The notes under the pieces are model-generated. The model saw nothing but the letters and a program-made list of their open reading frames with translations, did no database searches and was not told the DNA's origin. DNA of 64,000 bases from Candidatus Marinacidobacterales bacterium (GTDB taxonomy: Bacteria; Acidobacteriota; Vicinamibacteria; Marinacidobacterales; DATDRI01). Positions 10,772 to 22,835 of this stretch are shown here, piece by piece. A program made the position numbers and the translations under genes. Where the stretch lies: NCBI GenBank assembly GCA_965219415.1, contig CBDCNP010000002.1, positions 928,001 to 992,000 of the forward strand. Reading direction: 5' to 3'. Numbering within the stretch: the stretch's first letter is position 1; every line of letters begins with the position of its first letter.

Positions 10772-12278
10772 TCACCGATCGCTGCCCGTTTGTAGCGGAT
10801 AAAGCTCCGCCTTCGCGGAGCGGGCGAGATTCAAGAGCTCCCAGTAGGGAGGCCGATAACCCCTATCCTTCTCGAACTTCGATACGCGCGAGAGAACACC
10901 GGCCTTAATGGCACCGTGCTTTTCATCAAAATCAAGAAACAGCAGGCCGACCGTCGCGCTCATCACTTCGGGAATGGGCCCCTCCTTGCCAAACCGGTTC
11001 ACGACCATGCTATATGCCTTACCTATCCGAGCAAATGGCAACATCAGTGGTGGGTACTCGAGCCGATCGCCCCGATCCGCGTCCTCCAGCATCACCTCGA
11101 TGACCGCATTGTCCACGTGATCTTGAAAGAGACTTTCGGGATCTCTCCATTCCGCGACCACGTCGAGCTGCGGGTCGTATTCGAGATCGGATGGCTCTTG
11201 GGTCTCGAAGTGTCGAACGCCAGCCGCCGTAAGCCACGCCCGAATTCCGGGTGCGGAAACATAGGACATGGCCGTCCACAGATCGATTCCTCTTGCTCCA
11301 CTGCAGAGACTACCTCCGAACAGAATTGCGCCGAGTGGTCCGAGTAGTTCATTTCTAGATCATAGGGAATATGCCGACTCGTCGCGTCTTCCAGCGCTGC
11401 TGCCGCTGCCTTGTCAGGCAGCAGCGGATATCTGAGAGGAGCTCGGGATGGTCATCCCTCAACCGCAGCAGCGAGATGCGAAGCGGGCGGTCGTTCAGAT
11501 AATCCTCGAGGGAATGGACGGCAACGCCTCCGATCATATGAGCTTCGATAAAGGAGGGCGTGCCCTGATCATCGATGTGGACCAGAGCAACGTGGGAGAA
11601 GTTCCCCGGGTAGTCATGGCCCCGCGCAATCAGCGCCGAGTAGGACGCCGCGCCTCTCGAGAGGATCATGTCGCCGCTGTGGATGTTCATGCCCAGCATT
11701 TCAACGCTGAGGGTGCGGGACAGTACTTCCCTCCCCTTCAAGACGACAGGAACCTGGCTTGTATTTGCTTGGAGCATGACCTCTTCGAGCGCGGCTCGAC
11801 CACCGTAAATGAGCCGGTACATTCGTTGACGCGCTTCGATCGAGTTCATCTCCCAGTGCTCAGATTGCCTCTTCGTAACGTGTCTCGTTTCATCGTATAT
11901 CTGCATGAGCTCGGGCAATCGCTCCGGGCAGACAGCGATTTTTGGAGATAGCCGGAAGAACGTGTCTTCGGCCACCTCGAACCGCGCATCGTCCGGGAGA
12001 GCTCGACCGCTCGAGATGGTTTCCAAGAGTTCGCGTATCTCGGAGAGTCCACTGTCAATGGAGTTGGCGAGCGAGCCACATCCGGAAGCACGAGCCTCGA
12101 GAAACTGTTGTTCCAGTGAAGACCAGACCTCGTCCTGATTCCACACGAACGGCTGATGCGGGACGGCTTGACCGGCGTGTGGCTTAGAGTCTGGAACCAG
12201 AAGCACCAGGTAAAGCGCGACGAGCGCGAGGACGCTTCCGACGAGGAGTTTGGTCCAGGCGATGGGTCGAAACCTCAT
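10772..12278 (-). CDS. Permuted papain-like NlpC/P60 (YiiX/YebB-type) amidase, frameshifted
   Basis: N-terminal TM anchor; HSGDMILSRG, FSHVA (His), FCSEVV (Cys, in ORF 11092-11352), PSDLEYD. Confidence 0.75.
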
Positions 12279-12312
12279 CCCTTCTCCGGAATTGGCATCG
12301 GCCGTTCCACGC

Positions 12313-13182
12313 TCAGTCCTTAAAGACGAGCTTCCGGAAGCCAAAGTACACCAACCAGGCGCGGAGATGGTGGGGCAACAAGCGGCGAAGTAACTCGAGC
12401 GCGCGCGAGTCAAATCCGACCAGCGTGCGAAGCGGCACCCGGCGCCGGTCGCAGAGCCTCGCGAGAACCTTCGCCACCGCCTTCGGATCACCTGCAAACT
12501 TGTCTGCAGATCCGAGGAGGAACTCATTCATGCGTCGGGATCGGTCGGCATATAAGGAACCTGAGGGTATGTCAGCCGTCGCTTTTGAGGATGTCTTGAT
12601 AAACCCGGTTCTTGATCCCCCCGGCTCGATGAGACCCACTTGAATGCCGAAAGGCTCAACCTCGGACCACAAGGCTTCTGTATACCCCTCGAGCGCGTGC
12701 TTGCTCGCGGCGTAAAGAGCATAGAAGGGATAAGGAACGAATCCGGACACGCTGCTCACGTTGAGGATCCTTCCCTTCGCGGCGCGCAAGGTCGGAAGCA
12801 GCTCTTGGGTCAGTAAGATGGGCCCGAAAAAGTTGACCTCGAGCTGATGTCGAGCTGTCTCCTCGGGTGCATCCTCCGCGGGGCCCACCAATCCATAGCC
12901 CGCATTGTTTATCAATACATCGAGGCGGCCCTCGTACTTGTCCTCAATGAACTGCCGTACTCTTGGGAAGGACTCTGGTCGGTCCAGGTGCAGGTCGATG
13001 GCCTTCAGGCGACCGGCGTCCGCGTCCTCAGCGCCGAAGATTTCTCGCAGTCGGTCATCGCCGCCCCGAACTCCAGCAATGACTCGGTGTCCGCGCTGCA
13101 GCAAGAGGGGTACGGTCAACCGGCCAAACCCGCTCGAGGCACCAGTAAGAAGGATGGTTTTTTGTTGCATGGGCGCCTTCAA
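12313..13182 (-). CDS. Short-chain dehydrogenase/reductase
   Basis: TGASSGFG, NNAG, YAASK. Confidence 0.95.
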   Translation of the reverse strand: MKAPMQQKTILLTGASSGFGRLTVPLLLQRGHRVIAGVRGGDDRLREIFGAEDADAGRLKAIDLHLDRPESFPRVRQFIEDKYEGRLDVLINNAGYGLVGPAEDAPEETARHQLEVNFFGPILLTQELLPTLRAAKGRILNVSSVSGFVPYPFYALYAASKHALEGYTEALWSEVEPFGIQVGLIEPGGSRTGFIKTSSKATADIPSGSLYADRSRRMNEFLLGSADKFAGDPKAVAKVLARLCDRRRVPLRTLVGFDSRALELLRRLLPHHLRAWLVYFGFRKLVFKD

Positions 13183-13342
13183 ATTAGGGAGAGTTGGCCA
13201 ACTTTAACGACAAGCCGCCAAGAGAACAACAAGTTTATAGGCCCAGGGGCTACGCATCGGGCGGCTTTACCATCCGTGTGGCGCCGTCATCCCCGACGAT
13301 TTCACGATGCCACAGCTCATCGAAGATGTCGAACGGTCCTTC

Positions 13343-14464
13343 CTAGCGACCGCCCGCCGTGCCAGTGGTGTAGATCTGTAGCAGGGTTCGGACGAATGCC
13401 GGGTCCTCTTCGCCTTTCGGGTTGTTGTTCTGCGCGAACGCGATCATCCCATCTTCCTCCACCAGCTCGAGCACGACGAAGTTGAAGCCGAAATCGTTTC
13501 CGCCCGCTTCGCTGCGAACCAGGTGACCGCTAGCTGTGCGGAACGGCTGGTTGTACTCCTGGTACTTCTCAAGCCCTTCGCCACCCAGTACCGAACCGGC
13601 GGAAAGGGCGCGTGACCACTTGTGAAGATCGCCGACCGCGCCAAAGACGCCACCGCTCCCCGCGAGCGCCCAGGTGACGGCTGGCCAACTCTGAAGAGCG
13701 TTGCTTTTTCCGAAGGTGGTGATCCCGCCGTAGCCGACGGCGACCAAGTCGTCGGGAACGACCGGCTCGCCGTAGAAGCCGGTGCTGGTCATCCCGGCGG
13801 GCTTGAAGAGCTTATCCTTCACGAAGGCTTCGAAACTGGTGCCCGACACGATCTCGACGATCGCAGCGAGCAAGGTGTAACCAGAATTTGAGTACGCTCG
13901 ATCCGTTCCCGGCTCGAACAGCAGTTGCTCCGAGAGAATGCGCTCGATCGCCTCTTGGCGATCCATCTCCTGGAAGTCGCCCGTCTCGTCGTGGTACTCC
14001 ACCAACCCCGCGCTCATGGTGATCACCTGGTCGATCGTAATCGCCGACTTGTCGGGCCGAACGCTTTCGAAGAAAACGGAAAGTGGATCGTCCGTGGTGA
14101 GCTTCCCCGCCTCCTCCAGCTTGAGGATCGCAGCCAGCGTGAACGACTTCACGACGGAGCCCAAGTCGAAAACGGTGTCAGGAGTGTTCGGGTGCTGGGC
14201 TTCCGGATTGGCGAGTCCGAATCCTTTGGTGAATACGACCTCGCCGTTTTTGACGACAATCATGGAGCCAGCGAAACCGGCGTCGGCCTGCTCCCGCATG
14301 TAGGTATCGAACGCCTGTCCCAGCTCTCCGATTACGACGGAAGATGTCTGGGCGGCCGCCCGCACCGTCGGCGAGTGTACTACCGGAACGACAGCGGCCA
14401 AGGCAACCCCGAGCATCACGGAGCGGATTGGTGCCGACCCCCAAACTCTGGCACCCGCTACCAC
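13343..14464 (-). CDS. Serine hydrolase, beta-lactamase/AmpC-like family
   Basis: FDLGSVVK (SxxK), AYSNSGY; signal-like N-terminus. Confidence 0.9.
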   Translation of the reverse strand: MVAGARVWGSAPIRSVMLGVALAAVVPVVHSPTVRAAAQTSSVVIGELGQAFDTYMREQADAGFAGSMIVVKNGEVVFTKGFGLANPEAQHPNTPDTVFDLGSVVKSFTLAAILKLEEAGKLTTDDPLSVFFESVRPDKSAITIDQVITMSAGLVEYHDETGDFQEMDRQEAIERILSEQLLFEPGTDRAYSNSGYTLLAAIVEIVSGTSFEAFVKDKLFKPAGMTSTGFYGEPVVPDDLVAVGYGGITTFGKSNALQSWPAVTWALAGSGGVFGAVGDLHKWSRALSAGSVLGGEGLEKYQEYNQPFRTASGHLVRSEAGGNDFGFNFVVLELVEEDGMIAFAQNNNPKGEEDPAFVRTLLQIYTTGTAGGR

Positions 14465-16032
14465 GGCCGTGGCGCGGGGCGAGGCAGACGCTCATCCCGC
14501 ATGGCGGCGTGATACACGAACGTCGCCAGAATCACCGAATTAGCCATGAGGTCCTCCGACACCAGGCGATCGTAGACGTCCATGTTCGAATGGTAGCGAC
14601 GGCTGTCGACGCGCTCTTGGCGAAAGTAGTAGCCCGGAAGACCCACTTCTTCGTACGACTCATGGGCCATCCCGGTTGTGAACAGATGCCGCATTCCCAG
14701 GTTGTGGAGCGGCCTCATCCATTCGGAGAAGATGGCACGGATGGTTTCACTGCCCTGCACGGAAACGCCTCGGATCCGGCCGCCGCCGTTGTCGACGTTG
14801 AAGTAAGCCGACAGGTTGTCGTAGTCGGGCTTGTACTCCTTTTTCTCCGGATCGGCGAAGTGTTTCCGGACATGACTGTTGTTCCCATACAGTCCCATCT
14901 CGTGTCCGCCAAAGAGCCCGATCCGAATCGTCCTTCGCGGCTTGATCCCGAGTGCCTGCAAGATGCGGACAGCCTCCATCACAATGACACAGCCCGCGGC
15001 GTCGTCGGTCGCGCCAGTCCCGATCGGTTCCGATTGCAGGTGGGCACCCAGCACGACGAGCTCATCCGCCAGGTCGGTGCCCGGTATCTCCGCCACGACG
15101 TTGTAGTCGATGGCGTCGTCGCCTGGGAAGTCGACCCGAACCTCGGCCTCCATCTCCACCGGAACACCCTTCTCCAAGATACGCACCATCCGGTTGTAGT
15201 GCTCCGCGGCAAGAATCCACTCGGTGATGGGCGAGGGCGCGTCCATTTCCCACATCTTCCGCTCCAGGCCGTAGCCATTTACCGCACCGTCGACCGTGCC
15301 GTAGGCGTTTTCGCCGTCGGTTCGCGCCACCGCCGCGGCGCCCGCGTCGAACACGAGGTCGATGCGCTCCTCCATCGTCAGCCCACTACGGGATCGACGG
15401 CGTTCGCGTTGCTCGGTGGGACCGATCGGGATCCTCGCCATCTCGTCGAGCTCCGCCTTGCTGTATCGCGTCGTCGATGGCCAATACTGATCGCTCAAGT
15501 CCCGCAGCGGTTCGATAAGAACGACGGTCCCCTTGATCTTGTCGCCGTATCGGTCCAGATCGGCAGCCGATTCGATCTCCTCTAGATTCACGTATACGGC
15601 TTGCAGTCGGACCTTGCCGTCGGTACCAGCCGACCAAGCGGCGGGATAGCCGATGATCGGCATGTACGTCGGAGCCACCATGTGGAACGACGAGTATAGG
15701 TTCTCCCAGCCCCGACCGAACTCGAAAGGCTCCAACCGGGCATTCGAAAGCCCGTAATCCTCGAGTTTTTGACGTGCCCAGTTCGACGCGTCGACGTAAC
15801 CGCTCGACTTGGAGTTCCGCGGCCCGTAGACATCGGTCAGCCAACCAGCATTCTCCATGACCTCGGACCGTTCGAAGGCCTCGTCGAGGATCTGGTCGAA
15901 TACGTCCCAATGGACCGGTTCGTCCGAGTTAGTAGACGCCGGAGGTGCCGAAGCGAAAGTGCCCACAAGAAAAGCAATGGAACAAACAATCGAACCCAGC
16001 CAAACATTCCTTTTCATCGGCTCCACCTCCAC
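14458..16032 (-). CDS. M28 family peptidase (carboxypeptidase Q-like)
   Basis: Signal peptide; GAHLQS, GATDDAAG, GGHEMGL, NVDNG, YHSNMD. Confidence 0.9.
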   Translation of the reverse strand: MEVEPMKRNVWLGSIVCSIAFLVGTFASAPPASTNSDEPVHWDVFDQILDEAFERSEVMENAGWLTDVYGPRNSKSSGYVDASNWARQKLEDYGLSNARLEPFEFGRGWENLYSSFHMVAPTYMPIIGYPAAWSAGTDGKVRLQAVYVNLEEIESAADLDRYGDKIKGTVVLIEPLRDLSDQYWPSTTRYSKAELDEMARIPIGPTEQRERRRSRSGLTMEERIDLVFDAGAAAVARTDGENAYGTVDGAVNGYGLERKMWEMDAPSPITEWILAAEHYNRMVRILEKGVPVEMEAEVRVDFPGDDAIDYNVVAEIPGTDLADELVVLGAHLQSEPIGTGATDDAAGCVIVMEAVRILQALGIKPRRTIRIGLFGGHEMGLYGNNSHVRKHFADPEKKEYKPDYDNLSAYFNVDNGGGRIRGVSVQGSETIRAIFSEWMRPLHNLGMRHLFTTGMAHESYEEVGLPGYYFRQERVDSRRYHSNMDVYDRLVSEDLMANSVILATFVYHAAMRDERLPRPAPRPW

Positions 16033-16044
16033 CGTCAGTCAACT

Positions 16045-19000
16045 TCACGCCGGCATATCGCCCTCGTACGGCACTCGGAACAAAATTGTATAGAGCACCG
16101 GGACCACGACGAGTGTTAGTACCGTCGCCACCAGCAAACCGACCATGATGGTCACCGCCATGGCGATGAAAAACGCGTCACTCAATAGGGGGATCATACC
16201 CAGAATCGTCGTCGCCGCCGCCATCATGACCGGCCGCATGCGGCTGACCCCGGCATCGACGACCGACCAGAACTGGCGTTTCCCTTTGCTGAGGTTCAAG
16301 TTGATCTCGTCCACCAACACGATGGCGTTCTTGATGAGCATGCCCGTCAGGCTCATGAGCCCGAGCAGAGCCATGAACCCGAACGGCTGGCTGAAGGTCA
16401 GGAGCCCGAGGGTCACGCCAATGATGGAGAGTGGAACCGTCAGCTAGATGATGAGCGGCTCGCGCACGGCGTTGAAGAGTGCGACCACGATGACGATCAT
16501 GATGGCGATGAAGATCGGGAACGACGTGGCGAGATAGGCCTGCGCCTTCGCCGAATCCTCGTCTTCACCACCCAAAGCCATGTAGTAGCCCGGCAAACCC
16601 TTGAGCGGGATGAGATCCGAAAAGCGGATCGGGATGGTGCTTGCGGTATGGTTCGCGAACGGTTCCTCACCGAACGATCGTCCGAAGTAGGCGTCTAGAT
16701 CAACATTCAATGCTTCTTCGATTCGTGGCTTGATTCGGACCATGAGCTCGCTGGGGAGCTCCCCTGCCAACGCATCGGCATGGATCCGAATCGTGGTGCG
16801 GCGATCACGTCGCCAGATATTGGCGTTTTCGTAAGTGGTCTCGAATCCTGTCAGTACCTGTCGCATCGGAACCATCCGGCGAGCGACTTCGCTCCAGATC
16901 TGGAGGGCCCGTATGTTGTCCACGTTGTCGCGTTCGAACTCGGGTGAGCGGGCGACGATGGGCAGAAGCTCATCCCCTTCCCGGTAGACGCTGGTCTGGG
17001 TGCCATCGAAGGCACTTTGAAGTGCCCGGGCAAGTTGCGGTCGGTCGATACCGAGCTGTCGCGCCTGGGCTTCGGCGAGCTGAGGCTGCACCACTTTGAC
17101 TTGCTCCCGCCATTCGTCACGAACCCCCTGCCCACCCTCTTCCATGATGATGTCCTTGACCTTCTCGGACATCTCGCGCAGCCGCGTCCCATCCGCCCCG
17201 CTGATACGGAGTTGAATCCGGCCGCCTTCGCCCGGTCCCAGGCGGAACTGGCGTACGTTCACAACCGCCTCGGGCACGAGCTCCTCGAGGTCAGCCTGCA
17301 CTTGCGGCGCGAGGGCTGCGATCATCCGGTAGTCCTCGACCGACGCGAAGACGCTCGCGTTGGCGCTCGAGGTGCCCAGTGGCTCGTAGGTGAGAAGGAA
17401 GCGAGGGTCGCCTCCGCCAATCGCGGTGGTCAGGTCGCCCACACCTTCCAGACCCTTCAGGTACTCCTCCACTTGCTGCATGCGCGCTTCGGTGTCGAAG
17501 ATGTGAGTCCCCTCGGGAAAGTAGAACTCGACGAAAAACTGCGGGCGGATCGAGTCGGGGAAGAACAATTGCTTCACCGATCCGAAGGCGATGAGAGAAG
17601 CCACAAAGACGCCCAGCACGACCGCCATGGTTATTCCTCGGAAGCGAATCGCCGTCATGAGGCCCGTTTTGTAGAGCCGGAACATCCCCCCGCTGTGGGC
17701 GTCTTCCGCATCACCGCCGCCACCCTTCTTCGGTTTGAACAGCAAGTAAGAGACGAGCGGTGTCACGGTTACGGCGGTGAGCCAGCTCAAGCTGAGGGAG
17801 ATCAAGATAACGGCGAAGAGCGAGCGACAATACTCACCGGTACTGTCATCCGACGTTCCGATGGCAGCGAAAGCAGTGATGGCCACCGCGGTACCACCGA
17901 GAAGCGGCATGGCGTTTTGATTGACGACTTCCGTCGCCGCTTTCAAACCCTCCATGCCGGCCTCGATGCGCACCTTCATCCCCTCGACGATCACAATGGC
18001 ATTGTCCACGAGCATGCCGAGCGCGATGATCAGTGCGCCGAGCGAAATACGTTCGAGGGTGACTTCGTAAAGGCCCATGAAGACGAACGTCCCGAAAATC
18101 GTGAGAACGAGAATGCCGCCGATGATGAGCCCGCTCTTGACGCCCATGAACAAAAAGAGCACTACCAGCACGATGATGACCGCCTCGACCAGGTTGACGA
18201 GAAAGCTGTTGATGGAATCGGTCACCGATTGCGATTGGAGCGACATCACGTTCAGCTTCATCCCCAGCGGAATCTGAGTCTCGAGCTGATAGAGCTTGTC
18301 TTCGATCGCCGCGCCCATCACCACCACGTTGCCTCCTTGCACCGTGGAGATGCCGAGACCGATGCCTCTTTCTCCGTTGAACCGCACGATGTTTCGAGGT
18401 GGCTCGACGTATCCGCGCCGGATGGTGGCGATGTCCCGCAGGAAGACCTACTGCCCCCCTTCGCGCGTGGTGATAAGGAGGTCTCCGAACTGCTGTTCGG
18501 AGGTGAACTCTCCCGTCGGGTTGATGGGAATATACTCGGGCGGCAACCGCACTCTTCCCGCATCGGCGGGAAGGTTCTTGGCGCTGAGCTTGTCGTAAAT
18601 CTCTTCCTGTGAGATGCCGAGAGCCGCCATTTTCGGGGCGTGACATCTCGACGTAGACGGCCTCTTGCCAGACACCCCAGAGGACGATGCGCTTCACGTC
18701 ATCCGCTTGGAGCAGATCACGCCTCAAGAGCTTGGCGGTCTCATTGAGCTCCGCGTAGGAGTACCCCGGACCAGTGAGCACCAGGTAGATGCCGTAGACA
18801 TCGCCGAAATCGTCATTGACGGTCGACGGCCCGGCGCCTGGAGGAAGGCGGCTCTGGTAGTCGTTGACCTTTCTTCGCAGCTCGTCCCACACCTGAGGCA
18901 ATCCGTTCTTGTCGTACTGGTCCTTGATGGTGACCTTCACGCTGGACACACCGCGGGAGGAGGTCGACTCGACCCGAAGGAGCTGGCCGAGCTCCTGGAC

Positions 19001-19207
19001 GGCGCGCTCGATGACGTCGGTGACTTCCTGTTCGACTTCGACTACCGAGGCACCGGGATAGGGCGTGGTGATGATGGCGTTCTTGATCGTGAACTCAGGG
19101 TCTTCCAATCGGGAGAGGCTCTGAAACGAAAGCCAGCCGGCGACGAGAAGCCCGAGGGTGAACGTCCAGGTGATAACGCTCTTTTCGATGGCAAGTTTGG
19201 CAAGCAT
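16045..19207 (-). CDS. RND efflux permease (AcrB family), split by two frameshifts
   Basis: RLEDPEFTIK, LGMLVDNAIV, GMLIKNAIVLVD, RMRPVMM across ORFs 17846-19207, 16444-18387 and 16045-16416. Confidence 0.92.
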
Positions 19208-19220
19208 CAGCTTCTCCCGC

Positions 19221-20306
19221 TCAGTTCCGGCGCTCCATCAGCCGGATCCTAGAGCCGTCCTGAAGCTGGTGAACGGCGGCGACGGCAATGGTCTCTCCCC
19301 GTTCCAGCCCGTCTAAGATGCGGATGGAGTTCTCTCCAGTCACCTCACCCACTCGAACTTCTCGCTGGCGAACTGTGATCTCGCTGGTATCAACCACCCA
19401 GACCCGAGGCTCGCCGTTCGCGGAGGCGAAGACCGCCTCCGCCGGGACGAGGAACTCCGCCGCGGCAGTGTCTTCGGCGCCGAGCCCACCAAGGTAGGCG
19501 TTTACTTCCGCCGTCATCCCCGGGAGTACCCGCAGCTCTTCGGGCTGCGGCATCGAGAACGTCACTTGAAATGTCTGGGTCTGAGCGTCGGCCTCCGCGG
19601 CGGCCTCTTTGAAGCTCAATTCAAACTCGATTCCGGGTGCAGAGGTGAAGCCCGCGGTGAACCGCCGGTCGCCGCGATCCCGGAAGGTGGCCATCACGTA
19701 CTCGGGAGCATCGATGACGACCTCCACCTGGTTCACGTCGTGCAGCGTGAGAATGCGTTCCTTGGCGACAACGTCTTCGAAGTTCTCGACGAACTTCCGG
19801 CCGACCCGACCACTGAACGGTGCCAGTAACTTCGTATCACGGAGGCTCGCTTGTGCTTGATCGAAGCCCGCCGCAGACACGTCGCGTTGCGCCCGGCGAA
19901 GCTCGAGCTCTGCAAGCGGCACCGCATTCCGTTCGTACAGGTTCTTATAGCGATTGTAATCGGCTTCGCCTTTCTCGAAGGCGGCTCTTGCTTCCGCCAG
20001 CGCGATCTCAAAATCGCGGGGATCGATGCGGGCCAACAGCTGTCCTCGGCGAACCTCGTCGCCCTCGTCCACCGGTAGCTCGACGATCGGCCCCGCGACT
20101 CGAAACGAGAGCTCGGCTCGGTCGGAAGCCTGAACCGTGCCCGGGAACGAGAGGCGTTCGCCTTGATCGCCTCCCACGACCATCGTCTTGACCGGTCGTA
20201 CCACCGGCTCGCGCTCGGCAACCTCACCCGAGCCGCAGCCGGTCAATGTCAATGCCGCGGCAATCAGAGAGACGAAAATTGTACTGCTAAGTGCCAACCC
20301 CTTCAT
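19221..20306 (-). CDS. RND periplasmic adaptor (MFP) lipoprotein
   Basis: Lipobox LTGC, VRPVK, LSFRVAGPI, LAPFSG, LPGMTA. Confidence 0.92.
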   Translation of the reverse strand: MKGLALSSTIFVSLIAAALTLTGCGSGEVAEREPVVRPVKTMVVGGDQGERLSFPGTVQASDRAELSFRVAGPIVELPVDEGDEVRRGQLLARIDPRDFEIALAEARAAFEKGEADYNRYKNLYERNAVPLAELELRRAQRDVSAAGFDQAQASLRDTKLLAPFSGRVGRKFVENFEDVVAKERILTLHDVNQVEVVIDAPEYVMATFRDRGDRRFTAGFTSAPGIEFELSFKEAAAEADAQTQTFQVTFSMPQPEELRVLPGMTAEVNAYLGGLGAEDTAAAEFLVPAEAVFASANGEPRVWVVDTSEITVRQREVRVGEVTGENSIRILDGLERGETIAVAAVHQLQDGSRIRLMERRN

Positions 20307-22749
20307 GGCTTCCTCCCGGAGAAAACATCCTGCCTACCGGCCCGCGCTCGAGTTGAAGCGAGTCGACTAGGCGCCACCAAGTCAAGGACCCCGGCGCCCT
20401 CGCCCTCTGCGGGCGGAGGCGACGGCTTGTCGATGTAGGCGCGTGCCTGTTCCAGAAGCTGATCCCGTTCTTCCTTGGTCTTCATATCTTCGAACCACCC
20501 GATGGCTCGCTGGAGAGCGACCAAATCGAGTAGGAACGCGTACTGCGCACCCGCGCGCGGTCCGCTCGGTTGTGAAGCGATCGTTCTGGGCGTCCAGGAG
20601 GTCGGTGACGTTGACCAGCCCCTCGGTGTAACGATCTTGAACGATCTCGAAGTTCCGCCGCGCTGACTCCGCGGCCGCGTTCAGATAACCGATACTGGGG
20701 AAGGAGCCCTCGATAGCCCGCACCGAACTGCGCACGCGACGTTCGATGACCTGACGGGCGTCGATGATCTCCTTTTCCAGACGCGCAACCTCGGAAACGT
20801 TGAGCTTTTCATCCTCGGCCCGCGCTCCGCCTTCGAAAATGGGATAGGCAGCCTGGACGTCCCACATCCAGTTGGCTCGCTCCAAGTCAGGCAAATCTGG
20901 AGTGCGAGCGATGTCGTAGCCCCACTGGAAGCCGGTGTCGAAAACGGGCAGCCACCATCGTCGACCACGCTGGTCGCGCTGCAGCTGCCGAGCTTCGAGA
21001 GATTTCTGCAAAAGTGAGAGCTCCGGCGTGTTCTCGAACGCAAAGCCAACCAAGAACCCACGAAACCTGTCCATTTTTTGCGGATCCGACAGGTAGCGCT
21101 GAGACCGCCGCCAAGGAAAGGAAAAACCTTCGAATCGACATCGATCTCCTCGGGCCGCCAACGCAAGAACTGATCGAGTCCCAAGATCTGGTTGAGCGCG
21201 ATTCGTTCCTCCTCGATGTTAGCCCGACTGATAAAGAGGATGCTCTGGCGCGAGTTGAGCTCCGATTCCCATCGATACACTTCGTCGAGCCCGGCATAGC
21301 CTGCGTCCAGTCGCACCTTTGACAGCTCGAGGTTGTCCCGGGTGAGCCGAAGGTTGTCGGCGTCCACGCGAAATAGAATCTCCGAGAGCACCAAATTCAA
21401 GAACGCGCCGCCGGCATCCGCAAGGACATCCAATCGCGATCGACGTCGAACCCTTCTTGACTTCCTTCGTATAGGCGTCCCTCGGACTTGTAGTCAGTGA
21501 CGCGAGCGTCGTCGTAAATCATCTGGCGCACGCTAAGACCACCGTTGAACACTTTGTCCGCTATCAAACCTTCGAGTCCGCGAGTGTTGCGACCGAACGC
21601 CTGCGGGAGAAGCGGGCTCTTGGCGAGCTTCCACGAGTGATAAGAAGTCTGCACCCGCTTGCTCGGAAACTCGGAGGAACGCATTCCCTTCCTCCGCTTG
21701 GATGAGTGTTTCTGGGAAGCTCAAGTGCCTTTCGTCCTTCCGCATCACGTCCTCGTACAGAAAACGAGCCGTGACGAGCGCCTCGTAGGTCGGCACGTAG
21801 TTGAGTGCCATGGCCGTTCTTCCATTGACCAGGAGCTGGGGATCAGCATCCAGCATGACCGGGAGGGCGTCGGTCGAGCCGCCACGAATGAGCTCGTTCA
21901 AGTTGAGTGCTGCGCGCCGGGCTACGAGCTGCGAAATGTCGGGTGTTCTTCCGGCGAGCGCTCCCGCTTCGACATCCACGTGGCCGACGAGGCCGTAAGT
22001 CGGCACGCCGCGGGCGGTCAACGCCTCGAAGAGCTTGGCGCGATCGGAAGCGGCCCACTGTTGTGTTCGGCCGACGAATGCGGCGACGATATCAGCCGGT
22101 AGGCTAGCCACCGATTCAGAAACGCTGTCCCCGAAGCGGAACCAACTCGATTCGAATCCCGATTACTTGCTCGAAAGCTTGGAGCTCCGCGGTGACCGCC
22201 TCGTTCGCACTGATATAGGATTCGGCCACGAGCAAATGAGCGATCTCGGGAAACGGGAAGAGACTGCGTAGTGACCCGAGATCGGTCTCTAGCAGTTGCG
22301 GTATCGCCATGAAGGCCAGGTTCTCGGTTTGCGAGCGATCGTTCGCCTGTTCGTGGATGGCACCAAAATCGGGACGCTGGACGAACGTCGCGACAACGGG
22401 CTTCGACAGGAGGACCTCGGCGGCTGCGATGCTGACACCGGCTCCGAGTGCCAGGACGAAGTCGACGTTCGGGTTGTCGAGTGCGGCGCGAAGCGCCTTC
22501 TCGGGCCCCCGCGGGATCCCACCGCCCGTCGAGCTCTGGCGTCCTAACGAAATCGAGCTCTGTGTCGGGAGCGGCCACGTGCCGCAGTTCGCTTTCGACT
22601 CGCGTCGAAAAGTCCTCGGGCATGAGCCCGTCTCGAACGACGGCGATGGTAACTTTTCTGCCGCCACCCGGATCCGTCGGCCGCAACTGGGCAACTGATA
22701 AGCCAGCCGCGATCAGAAAGGTCGCGGTTGACGTTGCGATCATGCGCAT
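20303..22749 (-). CDS. TolC-family outer-membrane protein with N-terminal substrate-binding-like domain, several frameshifts
   Basis: C-terminal OEP features (YPIFEGG, RYTEGLVNVTDLLDAQ); about 330-aa N-terminal periplasmic domain (KVTIAVVRDG...VEAGALAG...PQLLVNGRTA). Confidence 0.75.
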
Positions 22750-22835
22750 GATGTCTCCTTGAATCAGCCGTGGAAGAATGCTCGTTCTCGAGGTACGCCC
22801 CTCAAAGTGGCGGAGGATGTTACCACGGTCGCGGC

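Noticed and set aside
7700-13350. Integron cassette array (TA module plus small genes)
   Set aside because: No paired RYYYAAC/GTTRRRY attC structures, mixed gene orientation and no integrase.
14344-18612. Long antisense ORFs (14344-15585, 17017-18612; likewise 5150-6079 and 39646-40800)
   Set aside because: Shadows of GC-rich real genes with no recognisable motifs.
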